From an uncultured Gemmatimonadales bacterium (lineage in GTDB: Bacteria; Gemmatimonadota; Gemmatimonadetes; Gemmatimonadales; GWC2-71-9): a stretch of 64,000 nt of DNA. Made by a program: the position numbers and the translations under genes. Under the pieces are notes generated by a model. The model did not search any database, was not told the DNA's origin, and worked only from the letters and a program-made list of their open reading frames with translations. Shown here piece by piece: positions 19,379 to 28,214 of this stretch. Each line of letters begins with the position of its first letter. Within the stretch, counting starts at the first letter, position 1. The DNA is taken from contig CAVUDL010000004.1 of assembly GCA_963740175.1 (NCBI GenBank), positions 1,600 through 65,599 of the forward strand, read 5' to 3'.

Positions 19379-19498
19379 TCGCCAGTCACGAGTCGCGAGT
19401 CACCAGCAACAGCACCTCATCCCGAGCTCCGCGAAGGACCCACTCCCTCGGCCTCCGAGCCCAGTAACTGGCAACTGGCGACTCGTGACTCGCGACTC
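19379..19498. repeat. ~120-nt dispersed intergenic element (copy E1) with AGTCRCG-heptamer inverted arms
   Basis: Arms are gtcgccagtcacgagtcgcgagtcacc and ggcaactggcgactcgtgactcgcgactc. The core agcaacagcacctcatcccgagc recurs at about 38.80 kb and 41.38 kb. Confidence 0.6.
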
Positions 19499-19536
19499 CC
19501 TCCAAAAACTCATTCCCACTTTTCCCCAAAAAACTA

Positions 19537-19565
19537 TTGTGTGACCAAACGCTTTTTCTTACCTT
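19537..19565 (+). promoter_or_regulatory. candidate sigma70-type promoter for the ATP-grasp/GNAT/KamA operon
   Basis: TTGTGT-N17-TACCTT, inside the only AT-rich stretch of this neighbourhood (19500..19633). Confidence 0.3.
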
Positions 19566-19633
19566 AGTTACGTCAATCGTCGCACTCGTCTCGGCTCGTC
19601 TCTCGCGGACGGCCTTTTTTGTAGAGGAAGCCT

Positions 19634-20737
19634 TTGGCAGTTCGGATCGGACTCGCCTTCAATCTCAAACCTGCGGCGCCGGCTAGTCCAGCCGGGGCGA
19701 AATCCGAATCCCCTTCTTCCGACGATCCCCCGAGTCGGGGTCTCCGCCCTGACCTTCATCAACCAGATCTGTACGCCGAGTGGGATGAGCCCGCAACCAT
19801 CGATGCGGTGGAGCGGGCGCTCAGCACCGTCGGCCAGGTGTACCGACTCGAGGCGAACGCCAGCTTCCCCTCGCGGCTCTCCCTGCTGCGTCCCGACTTC
19901 GTCTTCAACATCGCCGAGGGGCTCTATGGCCCCAACCGCGAGTCGCATGTCCCGGCCATCTGCGAGTTCCTCGGCGTGCCGTGTCACGCCTCGGATCCTC
20001 TGACGCTGAGCCTCGCGCTGCATAAGGCCCGAGCCAAGGAGATTCTTGCGCACCGGGGCGTTCCCACTGCCCCCTTCGTGCTGGCGCGGTCGCCTGACGA
20101 AGCCCGGCATGTGGCGCTCCCGTTCCCGCTCTTCGTGAAGCCCGCCTTCGAAGGATCCGGCAAGGGCGTCACGGTGAAGAGCCTGTGTCGGAACCGCTCT
20201 CAGCTGGTCCGTCAGGTCTCTCATCTCCTGGCGACTTACGCCGAGCCGGTGCTGATCGAGACCTATCTGCCCGGTCAGGAGTTCACGGTCGCCATCCTCG
20301 GCAACGGTGACGAAGCCCGCTGCCTGCCGATTATCGGCATGCGATTTGATATGCTCCCGCGCGGTGCCCCGCCCATCTATGGCTATGAAGCCAAGTGGAT
20401 CTGGGACACTCCGAGCAAACCGCTCGAGATCTATGATTGTCCGGCGAGCATCCCGGAGTCTCTGGCCGAGGAAGTTCGCGCCGCCGCACTGGCGGCCTAC
20501 CACGCCTTGGAATGCCGCGACTGGTGCCGCGTCGATATTCGCTGTGACGCCACTGGCCGCCCGCTGGTCGTCGAGCTCAACCCGCTGCCGGGCGTTTTGC
20601 CTGACCCGCGGGACCACTCCTGCTTTCCGAAGGCCGCCGCGGCGGCCGGTATGAGCTACGACGATCTCATCCGCACCGTCGCCGACATCGCCTGGCGCCG
20701 GATCAGCGGCCGTTCACTCCTGGCGGAGGTTGCCTGA
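19634..20737 (+). CDS. ATP-grasp amide ligase, D-Ala-D-Ala ligase-like (copy 1)
   Basis: 367 aa with a TTG start and GAGGAAG 6 nt upstream. Ddl-like features: FNIAEGLYG, PLFVKPAFEGSGKGV, LIETYLPGQEFTV, VVELNPLPG. Confidence 0.8.
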   Translation: MAVRIGLAFNLKPAAPASPAGAKSESPSSDDPPSRGLRPDLHQPDLYAEWDEPATIDAVERALSTVGQVYRLEANASFPSRLSLLRPDFVFNIAEGLYGPNRESHVPAICEFLGVPCHASDPLTLSLALHKARAKEILAHRGVPTAPFVLARSPDEARHVALPFPLFVKPAFEGSGKGVTVKSLCRNRSQLVRQVSHLLATYAEPVLIETYLPGQEFTVAILGNGDEARCLPIIGMRFDMLPRGAPPIYGYEAKWIWDTPSKPLEIYDCPASIPESLAEEVRAAALAAYHALECRDWCRVDIRCDATGRPLVVELNPLPGVLPDPRDHSCFPKAAAAAGMSYDDLIRTVADIAWRRISGRSLLAEVA

Positions 20738-21747
20738 TGAAAGTTGCGATCCTCTTCGATGCGGGCAGCGACGAGTGGAGTCCCCAGGACGTGGCCGCCG
20801 TGGTGGCCAACGTCCATGAGGTGCGAGACGTGCTGCGGCGCCGCGGCCATGAGGTCGAGCTGCTGCCGGTGCGGTTCGGGGACTTCCGCTGGCTCTCGCG
20901 CGCCCGGCGGGCGGACCTGGTCTTCAATCTCTGCGAGGGGATCAACGGCCACGCCCGCTTCGAAGACTTCGTCGTCGGCACCCTGGAGCTCACTGGCGTC
21001 CCGTTCACCGGCTGCCGCACCTGGCCCACCAGCGTCTGCCACCGGAAGCACGTCGCCAACACCCTTCTCTCATCCGCCGGCCTCCCGGTTCCGACGTACA
21101 TGCTGGCCCAGGCCAACAAGACCCCGTCCGAGTTCCCGCTCCCGGCCATCGTGAAGCCTGCCGCCGAAGACGCCAGCGTCGGGATCGACAATGGGGCGGT
21201 CTGCACCAGCAAGCGGGCCCTGAAGAAGCGGGTGGCTCAGATGCTGGAGCAGTTCGAGGAGGTGCTGGTCCAGGAATACATCGCCGGCCGGGAGTTCAAC
21301 GTCGGCTTCGTGGGTAAGCGGATGCTCCCTATCGCCGAGATCCGATTCGACACGCTGCCGGACGGTACCTGGCCCATCGTGAGCTACGCCGCCAAATGGA
21401 TTCCGGGCAGCCCCGAGGACGAAGGCACCATCCCCATCTGTCCCGCCGAGCTCGAGCCCGAGCTAGCCGGCCGCATCGCTCAGGTGGCCCGTTCGGCCTG
21501 GGAACACCTCTCTGAAGGTGAGGGCTATGGGCGGGTGGACATGCGGCTGGGCGAGGACGGCCAGCCCTATGTCCTGGAGGTGAACCCGTCGCCCGACCTC
21601 TCCAGCAACGCCGGGCTGGCCCGTATGGGCCGCGCCTTCGGGTGGAACTACGACGACCTGGTCATGCAGATCGTCGACGAGGCTCTCACCCGCTCGCAGA
21701 GCCATCGTGCCGCGGCCGCCCTCGTCAGCGGGGTGTCCGCCGCTTGA
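20737..21747 (+). CDS. ATP-grasp amide ligase, D-Ala-D-Ala ligase-like (copy 2)
   Basis: 336 aa. The ATG overlaps the upstream stop (TGATG). Motifs: FNLCEGINGH, AIVKPAAEDASVGI, VQEYIAGREFNV, VLEVNPSPD. Confidence 0.8.
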   Translation: MKVAILFDAGSDEWSPQDVAAVVANVHEVRDVLRRRGHEVELLPVRFGDFRWLSRARRADLVFNLCEGINGHARFEDFVVGTLELTGVPFTGCRTWPTSVCHRKHVANTLLSSAGLPVPTYMLAQANKTPSEFPLPAIVKPAAEDASVGIDNGAVCTSKRALKKRVAQMLEQFEEVLVQEYIAGREFNVGFVGKRMLPIAEIRFDTLPDGTWPIVSYAAKWIPGSPEDEGTIPICPAELEPELAGRIAQVARSAWEHLSEGEGYGRVDMRLGEDGQPYVLEVNPSPDLSSNAGLARMGRAFGWNYDDLVMQIVDEALTRSQSHRAAAALVSGVSAA

Positions 21748-22265
21748 GCGGCACCCTCGTCTCACCCCTTCTTCGCCACCTCAGCGTCGCCGACCGGGCC
21801 CGCATCGAGGAGATCACCCGTGCCGTTGGGCTCTTCCGCGAGGATGAGATCCCGGTGGCGCTCGAGGTCTTCGATGAGGCCATGGCGGCCGGGCCCGGCG
21901 GTTCCTATAACGTGCTGGGCGCCGAGGCTGATGGCCGGCTCGCCGGGTGGATCTGCTGGGGCCCCACGCCCTGCACCCTCGGCACCTATGATCTCTACTG
22001 GATGGCAGTGGACCCGGCGCTTCAGGGCTCCGGTCTCGGCACCGCCCTGATCGCCGAGATGGAGCGCCGCCTGCATGGTGCGGCGCGTCTCATCCTGGTG
22101 GAGACCGCGGGGCGGGCCGACTATCAGGCCACTCGCCGCTTCTACGAGGCGCGAGGCTACCGCGCGGTGGCCACGATCCCGGATTTCTACGCGCCGGGGG
22201 ACGATCAGGTGGTGTTTGTGAAGGACGTGAGCGGGACTAGGACAAGCGCGAGCGGTAAGCAGTAA
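21744..22265 (+). CDS. GNAT-family N-acetyltransferase
   Basis: TTG at 21744 overlaps the upstream stop (TTGA) and is the only plausible start in frame. The acetyl-CoA motif is VDPALQGSGLGTALI. Confidence 0.75.
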   Translation: MSGTLVSPLLRHLSVADRARIEEITRAVGLFREDEIPVALEVFDEAMAAGPGGSYNVLGAEADGRLAGWICWGPTPCTLGTYDLYWMAVDPALQGSGLGTALIAEMERRLHGAARLILVETAGRADYQATRRFYEARGYRAVATIPDFYAPGDDQVVFVKDVSGTRTSASGKQ

Positions 22266-22340
22266 GCGGAAAACCGAACGTGTCACCCTGAGCGAAGCGA
22301 AGGGGCCAAAGCTCCACCGCCCTTCGATGCGAGGAGACCC
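22266..22340. repeat. intra-operon repeat/hairpin (GTCACCCTGAGCGAAGCGAAGGGG type)
   Basis: gcgaagggg...ccgcccttcg can pair. The element lies between the GNAT stop and the KamA ATG. Confidence 0.4.
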
Positions 22341-23468
22341 ATGGAAAACTGGCAAGAGGTCCTCAGAAAGAACTCGATCGCCTCGCTCGACGCGCTGGCG
22401 CTGAAGTTCGGGCCCGAGAACTTTCCCGAGCTCGACCGCCTCAGGCAGGCGGCTGACAACTTCGAGTTCCGCATCTCGCCGGCCATGGTCGACCTCATCA
22501 AGTCGCCCGACGACCCGATGTGGCGGCAGTACGTGCCGTCGGTGGAGGAGCTGGACGTGGTGGACGGGATCGTGGACTCGCTCAACGAGGACGCGGACAG
22601 CCCGGTTCCGAACATCACCCACCGCTACCCGGACCGGGCCCTGTTCCTGGTCTCGCCCGTCTGCGCCACCTACTGCCGCTTCTGCACCCGGCGCCGGAAG
22701 GTGGGCGACCCCGAGAAGATCCCCATGTCCCAGTTCGAGAGCGCCTTCCGCTATCTGGAGGAGCACACCGAGATCCGGGACGTGATCATGTCCGGCGGCG
22801 ATCCGCTGCTGCTGAACGATCGGCGCCTGGAAGCGATACTGACCCGGCTTCGGTCCATCCCGCATATCCAGATCATCCGGATCGGCAGCCGGATACCATG
22901 TCACCTTCCCGAGCGGATCACGCCCGAGCTCTGCGCACTGCTGAAGCGGTTCCACCCGCTCTTCATCAACACCCACTTCAACCACCCGGACGAGCTCACT
23001 CCCGCGGCCGTGGCGGGGCTCGGCATGCTGGCCGATGCGGGTATTCCGCTGGGCTGTCAGACGGTGCTGCTCCGGGGCGTCAACGACACCCCCGCCGTCA
23101 TGATGGAGCTGATGCACCGGCTGCTGATGGCCCGGGTCCGGCCCTACTACATCTATATGGCCGACCAGGTCGCCGGGGCCGAGCACTTCCGCACCTCGGT
23201 TCAGACCGGCATCGAGATCATGCGGGCACTTCGGGGCTGGACCAGCGGGCTGGCCATCCCGTACTTCGTGATCGACGCGCCCGGCGGTGGGGGTAAGATC
23301 CCGATCCTGCCGGAGTACGTCGAGAGCATGAACGAAGAAGAGGTGGTACTGAAGAACTTCCGGGGCGAGCGGTACGTCTATCGCCAGCCCCGCGAGGAGG
23401 CCGGGGTCATCGAGCTGAAGAAGCCGCGGAGGCGGGGATCGAAGTCGCCGAAGCGGAAGACCGCTTAG
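22341..23468 (+). CDS. KamA-family radical SAM lysine 2,3-aminomutase-like enzyme
   Basis: 375 aa. Radical-SAM cluster motif CATYCRFCTRRRK, then SGGDPLLL and a KamA-like C-terminal region. Confidence 0.85.
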   Translation: MENWQEVLRKNSIASLDALALKFGPENFPELDRLRQAADNFEFRISPAMVDLIKSPDDPMWRQYVPSVEELDVVDGIVDSLNEDADSPVPNITHRYPDRALFLVSPVCATYCRFCTRRRKVGDPEKIPMSQFESAFRYLEEHTEIRDVIMSGGDPLLLNDRRLEAILTRLRSIPHIQIIRIGSRIPCHLPERITPELCALLKRFHPLFINTHFNHPDELTPAAVAGLGMLADAGIPLGCQTVLLRGVNDTPAVMMELMHRLLMARVRPYYIYMADQVAGAEHFRTSVQTGIEIMRALRGWTSGLAIPYFVIDAPGGGGKIPILPEYVESMNEEEVVLKNFRGERYVYRQPREEAGVIELKKPRRRGSKSPKRKTA

Positions 23469-23511
23469 TAGTCATTGCGAGGGTGCGCAGCACTCGAAGC
23501 AATCCAGGCGA

Positions 23512-25107
23512 CTATCTGTCCCGATCAACTCGCCACCGGGCCAGCCCGCTGGCCCACGAGTACGGATCCAGCTCGACCCCCTCCAGTCTGCGACTTACCG
23601 CCGCCACGTTGGCCAGCGAGTAGAGAAAGATCGCTGGCGCATCGGCGTTGAGCGTGTCCATCGCTTCGCGCCAGAGGCGTCTGGCTCCGCCCACATCGGC
23701 TCGGCTGGAGGCCGCCTGTACCAGCGAATCAAAAACCGGATTGGCGTAGCGCCCGTGGTTGGCCACCCCCCAGCCCGCGCGAGTCCACTGGTCGATCAGG
23801 CCTCGTGGGCTGGGCTCGTCCAGATAGGCGCCGATATAGCTGTCAAATCGCCCCTGAGCGAGCCGCTCCTGGAACACCGGAAAATCCACTGCGGTCACCG
23901 TCGCCTTCACTCCCGCCCTCCGCCACGCCTCCTGGATTGCGAGCGCCAGCTGCCGCCGAGTGGAACTGGTCGAGGGAACCAGAATGTCGATGCTGGCTGG
24001 GGTGTGACGCCGTTTCACTCGGCTCATCGACTCCCTTGTCTGCGCGGAGTCGAAGGGCAAGGTTTTCGTCTCGTCATCCCAGATCCAGAGCAGCTGTGAC
24101 ATGGGGCCGGGAGGCACCTTGGTTTCCTCGCCGAAGAGCGCGCGTGCGAGGGCTGGGCGGTCCACCGCCTGCGTCAGCGCCCGCCTCAGCTCCACGTCCC
24201 CAAGCACCGGATGCGGCCGCCCGGCCTTGTCAGCCACCCGGAAGGCCAGAAAGCCATACACGGCGGCCGGATAAGGCTCGGTCCGAAGACTCGTGTCACG
24301 CGCCACGCGCTGAACCCGGTCGGGCGACCCTACCGTCTCCATCACGTCGGCCTCGTGGCTCAACAGCAGGTTCAGCGCCGCCTCGGGATCGGGGGCGAAC
24401 CGCCAGACGGCGCGGCGAATGGTGGGAAGATCGTCGTTTCTCCGAGCCGCACCGGTATCGGCCACCAGGGTGAGGAAGCGGCCTCGATCCCAGCTCTGTA
24501 CTCGATAAGGACCGCTTCCAACCAGGTGCGCCAGGCTCGTATCGGCAGCCCAGCGAGCGCGGGGGATCGAATCCCAGACGTGACGGGGCAGGATGCGTAC
24601 GTGGTAGGTGGCATCGTACAACTGCTCGGGCGATGGCTCCGAGAAACTGATCCGGACCGTCGTCGAATCCTCCGCCGCCGCCCGCACCTTGCCGGCGAGA
24701 TACCCCCGGGCCACGGCATCGAGCGTCGAATCAGTGAAGGCGTCGAATGAGAAGACCACGTCATCGGCGGTCACCGGGCGGCCATCGTGCCAGCGCGCCC
24801 CGGGCCGTAGCCGAAAGCGCCAGCTCAGGGAATCGATCCGTTCCCACTCCTCCGCGAGGCCGGGCCGAAACGATTTTGGATCGATGGGTGAGGCGCGCGG
24901 CGCCAGATAGGCCAATCGCTCGAACACCTGGTCGCTGACGTCGCGGCCCACGGTTTCGCCGATCAGAGGCGGAAGAAGGCTGGACGGCTCACTGGTGGCG
25001 GAAACGACAACCGTTCCGCACTGGTCACAGTCGGAACGGCGATCCTGGCAGCCCACTATCAAGCTCAGCGCCAGGAGAGATAGCCCCGGCCTCAGACCCA
25101 CGGTCAT
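23512..25107 (-). CDS. ABC transporter substrate-binding protein, family 5 (peptide/nickel type), lipoprotein
   Basis: ORF 23512..25182. I chose the internal ATG at 25107 (MTVGLRPGLSLLALSLIVGC lipobox) because it removes the overlap with the upstream gene. Confidence 0.8.
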   Translation of the reverse strand: MTVGLRPGLSLLALSLIVGCQDRRSDCDQCGTVVVSATSEPSSLLPPLIGETVGRDVSDQVFERLAYLAPRASPIDPKSFRPGLAEEWERIDSLSWRFRLRPGARWHDGRPVTADDVVFSFDAFTDSTLDAVARGYLAGKVRAAAEDSTTVRISFSEPSPEQLYDATYHVRILPRHVWDSIPRARWAADTSLAHLVGSGPYRVQSWDRGRFLTLVADTGAARRNDDLPTIRRAVWRFAPDPEAALNLLLSHEADVMETVGSPDRVQRVARDTSLRTEPYPAAVYGFLAFRVADKAGRPHPVLGDVELRRALTQAVDRPALARALFGEETKVPPGPMSQLLWIWDDETKTLPFDSAQTRESMSRVKRRHTPASIDILVPSTSSTRRQLALAIQEAWRRAGVKATVTAVDFPVFQERLAQGRFDSYIGAYLDEPSPRGLIDQWTRAGWGVANHGRYANPVFDSLVQAASSRADVGGARRLWREAMDTLNADAPAIFLYSLANVAAVSRRLEGVELDPYSWASGLARWRVDRDR

Positions 25108-25118
25108 GGTAGCCTCTG

Positions 25119-26735
25119 TTAGGCTGCCTCGGCGATCCGGGTGGCCGAGCGCAGAAACGCCTGATACACGTCTGGTCGCCACCAGCTACGGACCTCCGCG
25201 ATCTTCACCAGCGCGTCCCGGAATGATAGGGCCGGACGATAGCTGCGTGTAGTCGTGAGCGCGTCGAAAACGTCCGCGATGCAGATGATCTGCGCGTTGA
25301 CCGGGATCTCATCGCCCCGGAGCCGGTCGGGATAGCCGGTGCCGTCATACCGCTCGTGGTGCCAGCGGATGATCGGCTTGATGTCCCAGGGGAAATCGAC
25401 TGTGGCCAATAGCTCCAGGCCCCAGGCCGGATGCATCTGGATCACCCGCAATTCGTCGGGGGTGAGGGGCCCCGCCTTGTTGAGGATCTCGTGCGGGACC
25501 CGCACCTTGCCCAGGTCGTGCAGATAGGCGCCGATCCGGATGGTGGTTTGCTGCGCATCATCTAGACCCAGCTCCCGGGCCAGGGCCACGGCATAGCCGG
25601 CGACCCTCTCACAGTGCCCGTGGGTGTAGCTGTCGGACGATTCGATCGATTGACCCCAGTCCCGCACCACCGCAAGGTAGGTCTCTTCCAGCCGGCCGAC
25701 CTTGGTCGAGACATCCACCAGGTCCACCCGCGCATCCAGCCGGCCGAACAGACGGTGGGCCGCGTTCAGCAGCCGCAGCGCCTCCTGGTTACGCCCCATA
25801 CTCTGATACAGCAGCGCCATCTCGCGGTCGGCTTCGGCTTCGCTCAGGATCGACCCGGTGCTCACCGCCAGCTCGATGGCTGAGCGCAGGCGTGACTCGG
25901 CCAGCGCGTGGCGGCCGGTCTCCCGATAGACGCGGCCGATCACCTTATAGGCATCGGCCTTGTCGAGCTTGGCCCCGAGCTGGTCGAAAATTCCCAACGC
26001 GGTCTCGGCGTTCTGCCGCGCCTGGTCGTAGCGCTGCCGAGCCAGGTGCACCTCGGAGTGGTTCAGCAGGCCCAGCCCCTGGAGATGGATGTCCCCAATC
26101 CGCTCGGCGATCTCGAAGCTCAGGCTAAAGTAGCGGTCGGCGTCGTCCCACAGGTCCCGGTCGGCACTCACCATGCCCAGGTTGTGGTAAGCGATGGCGC
26201 AGCCCCGGTCGTCGCCGGCGCTCTCGAACGCCTGAAGCGAGCGCTGGTAGTGGGTGAGCGCCTCGGCCAGGGACCCCTGGATGTTGGCCAGGATGCCCAG
26301 GTTCTGCTCGGTCCGTCCCCGGAGCTCGGCGCTGGCTCCGCCCAGCTCCAGCGCCCGGTAGAACTTTTCCCGGGCTGCTTGGATGGCGCCGCTCTCGAAA
26401 TCGAAGCCCGCCAGAGCATTGAGGGCCTCGGCGGCAAGAAGGGTATCGCCGATTTCGTTGGCGGTGCGTTGGCTGCGCTCGCAGAGCTCGCGGGCTCGCA
26501 CTCGCTCGTCCCGGTGGTGACAGACCACGCCCAGGCGGCGCAATGCCTCCGCCAACACTTTCCGCTCCCCGTCCCGTTCGGCGGCCTCGATGGCAGCGGT
26601 GTAACACTGGAGGGCCTCGGCCATGCAGCCGGTACGCTCATGGGCCCGGGCATCGCGCAAAAAATCCCCGGCACGGTGGGGCCCGCTGTCCTGGGCCCAC
26701 CGTGCCTGGGGGAGAGTGCTTCGATCGGGTATCAC
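25119..26735 (-). CDS. TPR-repeat protein with C-terminal HD-GYP domain (putative c-di-GMP phosphodiesterase)
   Basis: 538 aa with multiple TPR-like repeats (A..AL..LG), then HDLGKVRVP and HHERYDGTGYPDRL. Confidence 0.85.
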   Translation of the reverse strand: MIPDRSTLPQARWAQDSGPHRAGDFLRDARAHERTGCMAEALQCYTAAIEAAERDGERKVLAEALRRLGVVCHHRDERVRARELCERSQRTANEIGDTLLAAEALNALAGFDFESGAIQAAREKFYRALELGGASAELRGRTEQNLGILANIQGSLAEALTHYQRSLQAFESAGDDRGCAIAYHNLGMVSADRDLWDDADRYFSLSFEIAERIGDIHLQGLGLLNHSEVHLARQRYDQARQNAETALGIFDQLGAKLDKADAYKVIGRVYRETGRHALAESRLRSAIELAVSTGSILSEAEADREMALLYQSMGRNQEALRLLNAAHRLFGRLDARVDLVDVSTKVGRLEETYLAVVRDWGQSIESSDSYTHGHCERVAGYAVALARELGLDDAQQTTIRIGAYLHDLGKVRVPHEILNKAGPLTPDELRVIQMHPAWGLELLATVDFPWDIKPIIRWHHERYDGTGYPDRLRGDEIPVNAQIICIADVFDALTTTRSYRPALSFRDALVKIAEVRSWWRPDVYQAFLRSATRIAEAA

Positions 26736-26739
26736 GAGC

Positions 26740-27342
26740 TCAGTACGCGACCGCGTAGCGGGAAAAGTGGTCGATCGGGGCGGTGACGGTCTTGCCTCTG
26801 AACAGATCGAGCGATCGCAGCACCTCGAGGATCTTTAGGTTCTCGTCGGTGTATACGATGCGCTTCTGCACCAGCACCAGCAGACAGTTCTTGTAGTCCA
26901 TGACCAGACCGGCCGGCTGCTCGAACTGCAGCCCTTCCGGACTGAAGCGCACCGAGTTGGTCCTGCCCGGAATCTGCTCGGCGGTAATGAGCGTGTTCTG
27001 CCGCAAGGCGCCACGCGGAATGACCAGAACGTGGTTGCCCACCGCGATGGTGCCACCCTGATAGCCGATCGTCTTACTGGTCACCTGATACGGTTGCGGG
27101 GCACAGGTCAGCAGATCGGTAACCTGGAGCACCGAGCCTACGACGCCGGTGACAGCATCACCGAGCAGGCCGTCACCTGACAGGAGCCCATCACCCTCGA
27201 ACAGATTGCCCAGCAGATAAGCCTGCTGATCGTCCGCCTGGGTGGCTGAGGGTGAGGTGGGGCTGTCGCCGGCCGAGCAGCTCACCGTAGCGGAGAGTGC
27301 CAGGACCAGCGCGAGAGAGAACAACCTCTGCGTCCATTTCAT
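26740..27342 (-). CDS. hypothetical lipoprotein
   Basis: The internal ATG at 27342 gives MKWTQRLFSLALVLALSATVSC (lipobox). The stop lies 4 nt before the HD-GYP gene start. Confidence 0.6.
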   Translation of the reverse strand: MKWTQRLFSLALVLALSATVSCSAGDSPTSPSATQADDQQAYLLGNLFEGDGLLSGDGLLGDAVTGVVGSVLQVTDLLTCAPQPYQVTSKTIGYQGGTIAVGNHVLVIPRGALRQNTLITAEQIPGRTNSVRFSPEGLQFEQPAGLVMDYKNCLLVLVQKRIVYTDENLKILEVLRSLDLFRGKTVTAPIDHFSRYAVAY

Positions 27343-27724
27343 GTCGGCGGCTCCAGTTGCAGGGTGAGCGACGGGCGACGATACCGCGACCGCTGATACG
27401 GTCGCCGGAAGGCAGCGCGAGATCGGGCTGCATCCGGTACGCGGAAAACTGCTGACTTCGGCCCCTTGGGTTCGCAAGCGGTGTGCCCTGGGTATCCGGG
27501 GCTGTCGAGAAATTGGGCAGCGAATTGTTGCGCTAGGCAGGGAGTGCTGAATGGTGGGGTTGGCTTCGCCAAGTCGGTTCAGGCTGTACGGAAACGACTC
27601 AGGTGCAACTCCTGAAAGTTGAGGGAACCAGGCAGCGGTGAGGGACCGGCGCCTCGCCTCGGGGCCACACTGGATGGTTATGGGGGCAAGGAATTAGACG
27701 ATAACTGCAACTGAAGACACGAAG

Positions 27725-28102
27725 CTAAATGAGGTTGGGTTGGGCGGTTCGTCTCCGCATCACATACGTGTAGACGGCAACATTGAGGGCGATCACCAAC
27801 GCGCCAAGCAGCACCTGAACGCTGCGGGTCAACGCTGACGGATAGAGAACAGGCAGAATGTAGTGCTCGATGAAGCCCGTCGAGTAGCCAGCATCGCCGG
27901 CCATGCGGCGCAGCGACTTCTCCAGCGGGGTGAGCGGGCACACCCAGCCGGCGAACTCGATCGCGGCACCCCATACGGCGGCCGGGATGTGCAGGTAGGC
28001 CACCTTCGCCCATCGCAGCACCAGGAGCCCACCAGCTACGACGAACACGACGAAGACAAAATGCAGCCCAACAACGAGGTCAGCGAGGATTCGGTACATC
28101 AT
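27725..28102 (-). CDS. DUF2784-like small membrane protein
   Basis: Start at MMYRILADLVVGLHFVFVVFVVAGG (28102). The protein has three to four TM segments. Confidence 0.65.
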   Translation of the reverse strand: MMYRILADLVVGLHFVFVVFVVAGGLLVLRWAKVAYLHIPAAVWGAAIEFAGWVCPLTPLEKSLRRMAGDAGYSTGFIEHYILPVLYPSALTRSVQVLLGALVIALNVAVYTYVMRRRTAQPNLI

Positions 28103-28116
28103 CTTCCAAGAAGAAA

Positions 28117-28214
28117 GCGTGAGCGGGGCTAGAACAAGCGTGAGCGGGACCCTAGACTCGCAGCCCCGCTCACCGCTCACGTTCTAGTCCCGCTTACGTT
28201 TTAGCGGCTCACGC
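28117..28214. repeat. inverted repeat built from GCGTGAGCGG-type units
   Basis: gcgtgagcggggctagaacaagcgtgagcggg pairs with gccccgctcaccgctcacgttctag...gcggctcacgc. The right end overlaps the EF-G paralog stop. Confidence 0.55.

Noticed and set aside
27343-27724. c-di-GMP or other riboswitch in the long leader of the HD-GYP operon
   Set aside because: I could not find the conserved GEMM-type or any other riboswitch core by eye. It is kept only as an item to scan with Rfam.
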